The position numbers and the translations under genes are program-made. From positions 1,312,001-1,376,000 of the forward strand of contig OZ218778.1 of the NCBI GenBank assembly GCA_965112635.1: DNA of 64,000 nucleotides, in the 5' to 3' direction. This stretch comes from an uncultured bacterium. GTDB lineage: Bacteria; Oederibacteriota; Oederibacteriia; Oederibacteriales; Oederibacteriaceae. Below, piece after piece: positions 1 through 8,929 of the stretch (position 1 is the stretch's first letter; every line of letters starts with the position of its first letter). Below the pieces are notes generated by a model. That model did no database searches. It saw only the letters and a program-made list of their open reading frames with translations, and was not told where the DNA came from.

Positions 1-1
1 G

Positions 2-703
2 GGAATTACCCAAGGTTTGGCCCGGACCCTGGGACATTTGCCGTTCATGAGGCGGGTTAGCCAGGGTTTGGCCGCTTTATCCGCAGGCAAGGCAGGGGAC
101 CGGCATCTTGGCTGGGTCGCTGCCTTGAATCCTGCTGAACAACAAGGGTTGTTCGGAGGGGCCATCCAAGAACAGATGCAAAAAGGGTTCCTGGATAAGG
201 TCTTTGAAGCCTATTTTGACCAAACCGAAGGGCAAGACAGTCTGGACCGGATGCAAAGGGCGGACCTTAAAACCTGGCTTCCGGATGACCTGCTGGTCAA
301 AGTCGACCGCATGAGCATGGCCGTGTCCTTGGAGGCTAGGGTGCCCTACCTGGACCATAACTTGGTCGAATTCGTCCTTGGCCTGCCCACGGATCTCAAA
401 GTCAGGGGATGGAACAGCAAGGTGGTGTTAAAGCAAGCCTGCCAAGGCCTAGTCCCAGATGCCATTTTGAACAGGAAAAAACATGGCTTTGAGCTTCCTT
501 TAGCCCAATGGTTCAGAGGGGAATTAAAAGATTTTGCGAGGGGCATCCTGTTTTCAGATACCTTTCGTAAAAGAAAGTATTTTAATCAGCCATTCGTTGA
601 TAAAATGTGGCTGGACCATCAGGAAGGACGGGAAGACAGGAGTTTTGTCCTCTTTAGTTTGATCACCTTTGAGTTGTGGCATAGGATCTATCTGGATTCC
701 TAA
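2..703 (+). CDS. asnB: Asparagine synthase (glutamine-hydrolysing)-family amidotransferase, C-terminal part (5'-truncated by window)
   Basis: Motifs DLKTWLPDDLLVKVDRMSMAVSLEARVPYLDH and RKKHGF; frame is open back to the window start. Confidence 0.85.
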   Translation, partial: GITQGLARTLGHLPFMRRVSQGLAALSAGKAGDRHLGWVAALNPAEQQGLFGGAIQEQMQKGFLDKVFEAYFDQTEGQDSLDRMQRADLKTWLPDDLLVKVDRMSMAVSLEARVPYLDHNLVEFVLGLPTDLKVRGWNSKVVLKQACQGLVPDAILNRKKHGFELPLAQWFRGELKDFARGILFSDTFRKRKYFNQPFVDKMWLDHQEGREDRSFVLFSLITFELWHRIYLDS

Positions 704-737
704 TTGGAAATGACTTTTTTTTGTGGCAGGAGCAAGG

Positions 738-2012
738 ATGGCAGACCAGGATTTTATCGAGAAAATAAAACATAGCCTTAATTATTTGACCACTACTATT
801 TTAGTGGGGCTGTGCTTTTTCAGCCTATATTTTTTCCATGATTTCAAGGTCCTTGTGGGATTGCTGACTTTCCTGCTTGTCCTGAGTTTGCTGGCGGATT
901 TTCAGCGTTACCGTGATTACCAAAGGATCGTGGACCAGAACCGGCAGCTGCATTACGTGGAACAGCTCACCCAGGCCATGCGCCAAAGCATGAAGCTGAC
1001 CGAAGTCCTCCAGCTGGTGGTGCATAACCTGGAACAGGAAATGCATTACAAGCGGGTCATCCTTTATATCTATGTGCAAGAGAAGAAGGGCTATGATTAT
1101 ATTAAACCCATGGTGAGCGCAGGCATCGATTTCGAGGTCGTCAAAAATTACACTTTCAGGATAGACAAGCGTCTGGATATCCTGCCCAGGGCCGTGGTGG
1201 AACGCAAGCCCTTCATCGTCTATAACGCTTCGGAGGATTACCGCTGCGACCAAAAATTCGTCGCTTTACTGATGCTCAAGAGGTATGTGGTGGTGCCCTT
1301 CATCATTAAAGAACAGCCTCTGGGGGTTCTGCTCGCGGACCGGCAGGAGGGGTTTTCCGAAGGGGCTATCTCCGAGGACGAGCTGCCCATTCTGTCCGTG
1401 TTCGCCAACCAGGCCGGGATGGCCATCGAGAACGCCAGGCTTTACAACCAGATCGAGGAGCTGGCCGTCACCGACTCCCTGACCAACCTTAATAACCGGC
1501 GCTTTTTTGCCGAGGCCTACCTGGGTGAGTTGAGCCGCTTGGACCGGTATGAAAGGCATGAACAGGTATTGTCCCTCATCATGATCGACGTGGACCATTT
1601 CAAGAATTACAATGATACATCAGGGCATCAAGCGGGTGACCAGGTTTTGATAGAGCTGGGGCAGATCCTCAAGGGCACCCTGCGCAAAGTGGATGTGGTG
1701 GCCCGGTATGGCGGGGAGGAGTTCATCATTATGCTGCCGGTCACGGACAAGAAAAAGGCCATGATGCTGGCGGAACGCTTGAGGGTCGCCGTAGAATCTT
1801 TCCCCTTTGAATTCGGGGACAAGCAGCCCCTGGGCCGGGTCACTATTTCCGCGGGGGTGGCCACCTTTGGGGAGGACGGGATGACGGAAAAAGACCTCAT
1901 TGCCGCGGCCGATGAACAGCTTTACCGGGCCAAACAGGCTGGGCGTAACCGCATATGCGCCCAGGTCATTGAAAACAAAAATGAAAGGGAGGAGAGAGTA
2001 GCCGCGCCATGA
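738..2012 (+). CDS. Membrane-anchored GAF-GGDEF diguanylate cyclase (copy 1)
   Basis: Two N-terminal hydrophobic helices; GAF ending FANQAGMAIENARL; DVDHFKNYND, RKVD I-site, GGEEF; AGGAG RBS before ATG 738. Confidence 0.9.
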   Translation: MADQDFIEKIKHSLNYLTTTILVGLCFFSLYFFHDFKVLVGLLTFLLVLSLLADFQRYRDYQRIVDQNRQLHYVEQLTQAMRQSMKLTEVLQLVVHNLEQEMHYKRVILYIYVQEKKGYDYIKPMVSAGIDFEVVKNYTFRIDKRLDILPRAVVERKPFIVYNASEDYRCDQKFVALLMLKRYVVVPFIIKEQPLGVLLADRQEGFSEGAISEDELPILSVFANQAGMAIENARLYNQIEELAVTDSLTNLNNRRFFAEAYLGELSRLDRYERHEQVLSLIMIDVDHFKNYNDTSGHQAGDQVLIELGQILKGTLRKVDVVARYGGEEFIIMLPVTDKKKAMMLAERLRVAVESFPFEFGDKQPLGRVTISAGVATFGEDGMTEKDLIAAADEQLYRAKQAGRNRICAQVIENKNEREERVAAP

Positions 2013-3256
2013 ATTTAGGAGTTATGATTAGATCTCTTCTGAAAAAAATCAATCTTCCGCTGTTCCTTCTGGTTTTATTGGTGTTTCTTCTGCCGTTCTT
2101 CAAAGTGCCCGTTATTTTCATCTTTGTTCTGTTGTTGATTGGCGCGGGAGCGGTCTGGGTCGAGAGGTTGAGCCAACAGGAAAAAGACCACTTGATCTAT
2201 CAGAACAGACAGCTTCAATACGTGGACCAACTCACCCAGGCGATGAGGAAGAGCATGGACCTGTCAGAAGTCCTTGGGCTGGTGCAGGCCAACCTCATCA
2301 AAGAGCTCAAATACGACCGGGTCATCCTGTTCAACTACCTGGTGGAAAAAAGGGGGCACGACTGCCTGCAGCCCATGGTGTGCTCAGGCCTGGATTTTGA
2401 CGCGGTCAAGGACTATTCCTTTAAGATCGACAAGAGGGCCGATATCCTGCCCCGTTCGGTCGTGGAGCGGCAGCCTTTTATAGTCACCAATGCTCCGGAA
2501 GACCACCGTTGCGACCAAAAGTTCGTCGGTTTGCTGGGGCTCAAGAACTATGTCGTGGTGCCTTTTATCATCAAAGACCAGCCGCTGGGCGCTCTTTTGG
2601 CCGACCGGCAGACCAGCCAGGTCCCCATCACCGAAGAAGAGATCCCCATCCTCCAGATGTTCGCCAACCAGGCCGGCCTGGCCATTGAGAACGCCAAACT
2701 CTACAAGCAGATCGAAGACCTGGCCATCACGGACGGCCTGACCAACCTTTTCAACCACCGTTACTTCCAGGATTGCTTGAAACTGGAGGTCCAGCGCATG
2801 AGCCGTTATGAGAACCGCCATGACATCTGCCTGTCCCTGCTCATGATCGACGTGGACCATTTCAAACAATACAACGACACCTACGGCCACCAGGCCGGGG
2901 ACCGGGTCCTCAACGAGATGGGGCAGCTCCTCAAAAACTCCCTGCGCAAGGTGGATGTGGTGGCCCGTTACGGAGGAGAGGAGTTCGTGATAGTCCTGCC
3001 CATGACGACCAAGGAACAGGCCGTCATGCTGGCGGAAAGGCTGAGGGCCTCCGTGGAAAAGTACCCCTTTGAGACGGCCGACAAGACCTCCCTGGGGCCG
3101 GTCACCATCTCCCTGGGCGTGGCGACCTATCGGGAAGACGGGATGAACGAACAGGACCTCATCGGAATCGCGGACCAATGCCTTTACGCGGCCAAGCAGG
3201 CGGGCAGGAACTGTGTCCGCCACCGTCCCATTGAAAAAGAGCAGCCTGTTCAGTGA
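2009..3256 (+). CDS. Membrane-anchored GAF-GGDEF diguanylate cyclase (copy 2, tandem paralog)
   Basis: Same architecture and motifs (DVDHFKQYND, RKVD, GGEEF); ATGA overlap with copy 1. Confidence 0.9.
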   Translation: MNLGVMIRSLLKKINLPLFLLVLLVFLLPFFKVPVIFIFVLLLIGAGAVWVERLSQQEKDHLIYQNRQLQYVDQLTQAMRKSMDLSEVLGLVQANLIKELKYDRVILFNYLVEKRGHDCLQPMVCSGLDFDAVKDYSFKIDKRADILPRSVVERQPFIVTNAPEDHRCDQKFVGLLGLKNYVVVPFIIKDQPLGALLADRQTSQVPITEEEIPILQMFANQAGLAIENAKLYKQIEDLAITDGLTNLFNHRYFQDCLKLEVQRMSRYENRHDICLSLLMIDVDHFKQYNDTYGHQAGDRVLNEMGQLLKNSLRKVDVVARYGGEEFVIVLPMTTKEQAVMLAERLRASVEKYPFETADKTSLGPVTISLGVATYREDGMNEQDLIGIADQCLYAAKQAGRNCVRHRPIEKEQPVQ

Positions 3257-3338
3257 ACCTTTGGTAAAACCTTAACGCCATCCAGGAAATCGACCGGCTC
3301 TGAATTGAGGCCACGAAAACGGAAGGAAGATTTTTATT

Positions 3339-5474
3339 ATGCGCTGGTGGGAACAAGCTGTTGAAAAAAAAGGCGTGTCTTTTTCGATGTATTTTTTAGG
3401 CTTATTATCGGGTCTTTATGGGTTAGGCTGGTCCATCAAAAAGTCCCTTTACGCAGCAAGGATTTTAAGGCAGAAACAGCTTAGCGTGCCGGTTTTGAGC
3501 GTCGGGAATATCACTTTGGGGGGCACAGGGAAAACTCCAGTGGTAGAGGCTTTGGCCAGGGCCCTGCTGGAAGCAGGTTATAGGCCGGCTATTTTGAGCC
3601 GGGGATACCGAAGCAAACTCAAACAGGGGGTTGTTTCCGACGGCTACTGTCTGCGGATGACCAGCGATGAGGCCGGGGACGAGCCGTTCCTGCTGGCCAA
3701 ACAGCTACCAGGCGTGCCGGTCTTGATAGGCCGCGACCGGTACCAAAGCGGGCTGACCGCCATACGGCATTTTGGGGCTCAGGTCATCCTGTTGGACGAC
3801 GGGTTCCAGCAGCGTTTTCGCCTCAAAAGAGATCTTGAACTTTTGGTCGTGGACGCCTTACGGCCTTTGCAAAGAGAAAGGCTTTTCCCGGCTGGTTGGT
3901 TGAGGGAGCCTTTGTCCGAACTCAAAAAGGCCGATGGTTTTATCATATGCCACTCCGATGACTCCCTGGAAAGCCGGGCCCTCATCGATTTTTTGAAGGT
4001 CAGAAATCCGGGAGCCTTTGTCTGGAAGGGGACCCACGAACCGCTCCATTATGAGATGTGGCCGACCGGGCAGAAAAAAAACCTGTCCAGCCTGAAGGGC
4101 AAAAAAGTTTTAGCCCTATCCAGCCTGGGAAATCCCCGCTCGTTCGAGAATACCCTGGCCGGCCTCAAGGCCGATATCATCGGGCGTCTGCGTTTTCCTG
4201 ACCATCATCGTTACACCAGGGAGGAGATAGTCAATATCAGGGCGCTTTCCAGCCAGACCGGCAATACCCCCATCGTGACCACCGCCAAGGACAGCGTCAG
4301 GCTGCCTGTAGTCCTGGATTTTTCGGCTTGGGTGCTCAAGATCAAACTGACCATCAAACAACCCGGGCAGGTCATCAGATCTGTGCTGGTAAAAGCAATG
4401 CATCCCCGCAGTCATCTACAAAAGCCGGAACTTAAAAAAATACTGATCCTGCGCTTCAGCTCCATGGGTGACGTGATCCTGACCCTTCCGATCCTGAAAC
4501 TGCTCAGGGAACATTTTCCTCTTTCCACGATCGAGTTCTTGACCAAGCAGCCTTATGCCCCACTGATGGAAAGATGCAGCGGGCTTGACCGGGTCGTCGT
4601 TGTGACCAGGCAGGACAGTTTGGGGACACTTATCCGCCGGGTAAAACAGGAAAAATACGATTGCGTATTGGACTTGCAGGGGAATTGGAAAAGCCGGGTG
4701 CTTAGCTGGTCCAGCGGAGCAAAATTCAGGGCCCAATACCCCCGGCAGAGCCTGGCCAGAAGATGGCTGTCCTGGCAAAAGTTGTTTCAGGCCAAAGGGG
4801 CTGATCCAGTAGCCCTAAGATATGCCGCGACCCTCAAAAAAATAGGGGTCAAAGCCAGCTTTTTGGATGTCCAAGAAAAAGGGACTTCCTTGGAAGTTTC
4901 TCGGCAAGACCAGGCAGAAGCCAGAACTTTATTTAAAATAAACGGCGTAAAAGGCGGGAAAGTCCTGGTGTTGGCTCCGGGTGCCAAATGGCCGGTCAAG
5001 AGGTGGCCTGCCGAATATTTCAGCGAGGTGGCCAGGGCCTATCGGGAAAAAGGATGGAATGTTGTGGTGGTGGGGTCAGAGGAGGAAAGAGGACTAGCTG
5101 CCAGAGTGTGTGGACAGGCGGGGGCGTTTATGGTTAACCTAGCCGGCCAAACTCCGCTGCCGTTACTGGCGGCTGTTTTGCAAAAAGCAAAACTAGGGGT
5201 CAGCAATGACTCCGGCATCATGCATTTGGCCCTGGCTGTGGGCACCCCGACCGTGGCCTTGTTCGGGCCGACCCATTATGGTTTGGGTTTCCGGCCCTGG
5301 CAGAGCCAATGCCGGGTTTTGGAAAAAGACCTGTTTTGCCGTCCCTGCAGCCTGCACGGAAGGAGAGCCTGCTATCTCAAGACCCACCAATGCCTGCGGA
5401 GCATCCTGCCCCAGGAAGTCATTGAGGCGGGGATGGGGTTAGGAAAAAAAGGAATATCAAAAAATCATAAGTAA
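3339..5474 (+). CDS. lpxK: Fusion: tetraacyldisaccharide 4'-kinase (LpxK) + GT9 heptosyltransferase-like domain
   Basis: N-half has VGNITLGGTGKTP, SRGY, GDEP, LDDGFQ, FPDHH, TTAKD; C-half has ILILRFSSMGDV, APGAKWPVKRWP, NDSGIMHLA, LFGPT. Confidence 0.9.
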   Translation: MRWWEQAVEKKGVSFSMYFLGLLSGLYGLGWSIKKSLYAARILRQKQLSVPVLSVGNITLGGTGKTPVVEALARALLEAGYRPAILSRGYRSKLKQGVVSDGYCLRMTSDEAGDEPFLLAKQLPGVPVLIGRDRYQSGLTAIRHFGAQVILLDDGFQQRFRLKRDLELLVVDALRPLQRERLFPAGWLREPLSELKKADGFIICHSDDSLESRALIDFLKVRNPGAFVWKGTHEPLHYEMWPTGQKKNLSSLKGKKVLALSSLGNPRSFENTLAGLKADIIGRLRFPDHHRYTREEIVNIRALSSQTGNTPIVTTAKDSVRLPVVLDFSAWVLKIKLTIKQPGQVIRSVLVKAMHPRSHLQKPELKKILILRFSSMGDVILTLPILKLLREHFPLSTIEFLTKQPYAPLMERCSGLDRVVVVTRQDSLGTLIRRVKQEKYDCVLDLQGNWKSRVLSWSSGAKFRAQYPRQSLARRWLSWQKLFQAKGADPVALRYAATLKKIGVKASFLDVQEKGTSLEVSRQDQAEARTLFKINGVKGGKVLVLAPGAKWPVKRWPAEYFSEVARAYREKGWNVVVVGSEEERGLAARVCGQAGAFMVNLAGQTPLPLLAAVLQKAKLGVSNDSGIMHLALAVGTPTVALFGPTHYGLGFRPWQSQCRVLEKDLFCRPCSLHGRRACYLKTHQCLRSILPQEVIEAGMGLGKKGISKNHK

Positions 5475-5650
5475 TCCCTTGGCAATGATGCCTACAGGAT
5501 ATAGGGAAACAGGGGTCTTGGCCTTGACCGTCTATGTCCTTGACCCTGACCGTTGATTTTCCTACTCTTGACCCTCCACTTTCGTCTTCTTGGCTGGCAT
5601 TGACCAGCTCCTTAGTAGGCGGTATCCTTTGCCTTAGACCACTTTTATTT

Positions 5651-5702
5651 CGGAAAGAATTAGCTTACACACTACACTGTAGTGTTCACGTAAATCTTTC
5701 CG
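5651..5702. repeat. Nested imperfect inverted repeat with a 17-bp palindromic core
   Basis: CGGAAAGA 5651-5658 / TCTTTCCG 5695-5702 enclosing ACACTACA-C-TGTAGTGT 5669-5685. Confidence 0.7.
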
Positions 5703-5902
5703 GTACAAAGTAGTAGGCAAGGATGCTTTTTAGTGGCCTCTGGAGCGACGAAAAACTCTCCCAAGCAATAAGGTTGCCTAATCTTAAGGCGTGAATGAAT
5801 GCCCAACTGCTGTCCTGTTTTCCACAAATCGGTTTAAGATTCCCTGATTCCTTTATAAATGGTCATTGTCACGGTTAGTGAGACATTGAGACGTTGCTGT
5901 CT

Positions 5903-5940
5903 TTGATAGACCTTTGGAAAATGTTACACTATAGTGCAAC
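5903..5940 (+). promoter_or_regulatory. Putative sigma70 promoter with overlapping palindromic operator upstream of the antitoxin
   Basis: TTGATA 5903-5908, 16 bp spacer, TGn-TACACT 5922-5930; palindrome GTTaCACTATAGTGcAAC 5923-5940. Confidence 0.5.
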
Positions 5941-5960
5941 ACTTAAAAGGGGAGGCAGTG

Positions 5961-6260
5961 ATGCGTTTTACGGGGATAAAAGAGCTTAAACATAAAACCA
6001 TGGATATCTTAAAAGCATCGGAAAAGCAGGATATTATCATCACTGCCTACGGCAAGCCCACGGCGGTGCTCCACCACGTTACCGAAGACGACCTAGCTGA
6101 ATATCTCATTGAAAACGACCCGGCCTTTAAAAATAAGATCAAGGAAGCTTCATCGGAATATGCCAAGGTGGGTGGTCTTCCGGCGAACAATTTGATACGC
6201 AGGCTGGGGAAAAGGCATAGCGCTGAAAAAATACTATTCAAAAGAGGAAAAGAGTTTTGA
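5961..6260 (+). CDS. Phd/YefM-family antitoxin (no adjacent toxin)
   Basis: MRFTGIKELKHKTMDILK...IIITAYGKPTAVL matches the Phd N-terminal pattern; GGAGG RBS 5951-5955. Confidence 0.75.
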   Translation: MRFTGIKELKHKTMDILKASEKQDIIITAYGKPTAVLHHVTEDDLAEYLIENDPAFKNKIKEASSEYAKVGGLPANNLIRRLGKRHSAEKILFKRGKEF

Positions 6261-7039
6261 TCCGTCTAAGTGTTTGCGTCACAACCTATCAGGAACAGGA
6301 CAATATCGGGGACTGCCTCAAGAGCGTCAGGGGGCTGGCGGATGAGATCATTGTCGTGGACGGGGGCAGCCTTGACCAGACCCGGACCGTCGCGAGGCGA
6401 TATACCAAAAATATTTTTGTGAGGCCTAACAATCCCAACCTGAACATCAACAAAAATTTCGGGTTTTCCAAGGCCAGGGGTGAATGGGTACTGTGCCTGG
6501 ATGCCGACGAGCAGGTGACCCCGGAACTGGCCGCAAGGATAAAAGAGATGCTGGTCGAGGGGACGGAGTGGGACGGGTTCCTATTGCCCAGGAAAAATTA
6601 TTACTTTGGAAGATTCCTCCGTTATGGAAGCAACTATCCTGACCATCAGCTCAGGCTTTTTCGCCGGGTCAAAGGCCAGTTCGCCGCGAAGCATGTGCAC
6701 GAACGCCTGCAGGTCCAGGGCAGGGTCGGCAGGCTCAAAGAGCCTTTGGCCCATTTTCCCTACAAGACCATCAGCCAATATTTTCAAAAGTTCAACTTTT
6801 ACACTTCTTTTGCAGGCAGGTTCCTTTATCAAAAAGGGGTCCGTATCCGATCCACAACGGCGTTCTGGTTCTTTTACGCCAAGCCGCTCTTGAGGCTCGT
6901 CAGGCGTTATATTTTCAAGGGAGGTTTTTTGGACGGGTGGCAGGGGCTTTTGGCCTGTGTTTTCAGCTATTTAACGGGAATTGTCAGCTATGCCAAATGC
7001 TGGGAACTCCAGCAAACAGAAAGGACTCCGCGTGGATAA
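6257..7039 (+). CDS. GT2 glycosyltransferase (LPS core beta-glucosyltransferase, KdtX/WaaE-like)
   Basis: VVDGGSLD, LCLDADE, YPDHQLRLF, VHE, GFLDG. Confidence 0.85.
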   Translation: MIRLSVCVTTYQEQDNIGDCLKSVRGLADEIIVVDGGSLDQTRTVARRYTKNIFVRPNNPNLNINKNFGFSKARGEWVLCLDADEQVTPELAARIKEMLVEGTEWDGFLLPRKNYYFGRFLRYGSNYPDHQLRLFRRVKGQFAAKHVHERLQVQGRVGRLKEPLAHFPYKTISQYFQKFNFYTSFAGRFLYQKGVRIRSTTAFWFFYAKPLLRLVRRYIFKGGFLDGWQGLLACVFSYLTGIVSYAKCWELQQTERTPRG

Positions 7040-8063
7040 CAAGGTGGAGCGCATCCTGTTTAGATCTCCCAACTGGCTTGGCGACGCGATCCTGAGTTTG
7101 CCGGCTCTCCAGGTAACTAGGCAGCTATATCCGCAGGCCGAGATCATTGTGGTAGCCAAACCGAGAGTGAGCGGGATATTCAGCCAGAATCCGCTGGTCC
7201 AGGAAGTCATCAGCTATGATCCGGAGGGACACAAGAACAAGCTGCCTTATTACTATTCCTTTGTGAACTCTTTGGAGCAAAAAAAGTTCGACCTGGGACT
7301 CATCTTGCCCAACTCCTTTTCTTCAGCCCTGATGGCTTATCTGGCTAAGGCCAGGGCCAGGGTGGGTTATAACACCGAAGGACGGGGCATGCTCCTGACC
7401 CAAAAACTGGGAGCCAGGGAACTCAGGAAAAAACATTTGTCCGAAGAATATCTGGACCTGGTCAGGGCCTTGGGTTGGAAGGGCAAGTCAAAAGGTCCAC
7501 GCCTATACCTGGACCATGACCATGGGGAAAAAATATTGGAGATGACCAAGGGTACCAAGGGCAAGCCCTGGGTTGCCTTGGCCTGCGGAGCCACCTTTGG
7601 TCCGGCCAAACACTGGTTCCCTGAACATTTCGCGGAGCTGGGCCGGCGCCTGATCAAAGAGAAAAAAGCGCATCTGTTCTTTCTGGGCACAACCAAAGAA
7701 TATGAAGCCAGCCAGGTGGTTATCCGCATGATGCAAGTCAAGGGAGGCTTTACCAACCTGTGCGGGTTGACCGACCTGAACCAGCTGGGTGTTGTTCTGG
7801 AAAAATGCAAGCTGTTGGTGTGCAATGACAGCGGCATCATGCATATGGGTGCGGCCCTGCAGGTTCCCTTGGTGGCTATTTTTGGCTCCACCTCACCGGT
7901 CTGGACCAGGCCCCTGGGACGGAAGAACAAAGTCCTCTATGAACGGGTTTTTTGCAGCCCCTGTTTCAAGCCAACCTGTTACCGGACCGATGTTCCCTAT
8001 GATTGCCTGAAAAAAGTGACGCCGGAAAAAGCGTGGGCAGCATGCCGGGAGGTCTGGCTATGA
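7032..8063 (+). CDS. waaF: ADP-heptose:LPS heptosyltransferase II (GT9)
   Basis: PNWLGDA, LPNSFSSA, GATFGPAKHW, NDSGIMH, IFGST; GTG start overlapping the upstream gene. Confidence 0.8.
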   Translation: MDNKVERILFRSPNWLGDAILSLPALQVTRQLYPQAEIIVVAKPRVSGIFSQNPLVQEVISYDPEGHKNKLPYYYSFVNSLEQKKFDLGLILPNSFSSALMAYLAKARARVGYNTEGRGMLLTQKLGARELRKKHLSEEYLDLVRALGWKGKSKGPRLYLDHDHGEKILEMTKGTKGKPWVALACGATFGPAKHWFPEHFAELGRRLIKEKKAHLFFLGTTKEYEASQVVIRMMQVKGGFTNLCGLTDLNQLGVVLEKCKLLVCNDSGIMHMGAALQVPLVAIFGSTSPVWTRPLGRKNKVLYERVFCSPCFKPTCYRTDVPYDCLKKVTPEKAWAACREVWL

Positions 8064-8929
8064 GCAAAAAGCAAAAAATATCCGTGGTGCTTTTGACCCG
8101 CAATGAAGAGGCGATGATCACGGATTGCCTCAAAAGCGTTTCTTGGGCCGACGAGGTCGTGGTGGTGGATAGCGGGTCCACGGACAGGACTGTTTCTCTT
8201 TGCTGCCGGCCCAAGGTTAGAGTTTTTAACCATCCCTGGTGTGGTTTTGGGAAACAGCGTGATTTTGCGGTCAAAATGACCCGTTTTCCCTGGGTGCTCA
8301 GTCTGGACGCCGATGAAAGGGTTTCTGCGGAGTTGGCCGAGGAGATCAAGAAAACCCTGGCCCATGCTGCGCCTGAAACCGCCTACCGCATCCCTTTTAA
8401 GAACATTTTGATGGGGACCTGGCTCAGGCATGGAGGGATGTATCCCGACACCCATCTGAGGCTGTTCCATAAAAAATACGGAAGGTTCAACCACAATCCT
8501 GTCCATGAAAGCATCGAAATCAAGGGCCAAGAGGTCGAGCTCCAAGCGCCCATGATCCATCTTGTTTCCAGGGACCTGGCCCACTATATTGAAAAACTTA
8601 ACCGCTATACGGACAGCGAGGCCGCCATCCTGTTTAAAAATCAGGTCAGCCCCACGGGATACGACCTTTTCGTCAAACCCAAGATAAGGTTCTTTAACTC
8701 TTATGTTTCCCGCAGGGGATTCTTGGACGGGGTGCCGGGGTTTATCTATGCTTTTTTACGCAGCCTTTATTTTTTCCTGGTCTACGTGAAGCTTTACGAA
8801 AAAAGGGGATGGCGGCCTTCTGCCGTAAAAATCTTGCTGACCCTTTTCCATAGGAACAAAAAAGAGTCGCAAGGGTATCCCAGCCAGGCCTACAGCCAAG
8901 TCCGGGCCGGAAAGAGAAAAATAAAGTGA
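8060..8929 (+). CDS. GT2 glycosyltransferase (paralog of 6257-7039)
   Basis: VVDSGSTD, LSLDADE, YPDTHLRLF, VHE, GFLDG; ATGA overlap. Confidence 0.85.
   Translation: MSKKQKISVVLLTRNEEAMITDCLKSVSWADEVVVVDSGSTDRTVSLCCRPKVRVFNHPWCGFGKQRDFAVKMTRFPWVLSLDADERVSAELAEEIKKTLAHAAPETAYRIPFKNILMGTWLRHGGMYPDTHLRLFHKKYGRFNHNPVHESIEIKGQEVELQAPMIHLVSRDLAHYIEKLNRYTDSEAAILFKNQVSPTGYDLFVKPKIRFFNSYVSRRGFLDGVPGFIYAFLRSLYFFLVYVKLYEKRGWRPSAVKILLTLFHRNKKESQGYPSQAYSQVRAGKRKIK

Noticed and set aside
5651-5702. Imperfect hairpin as an integron attC site
   Set aside because: Lacks the RYYYAAC/GTTRRRY ends; no integrase or cassette array
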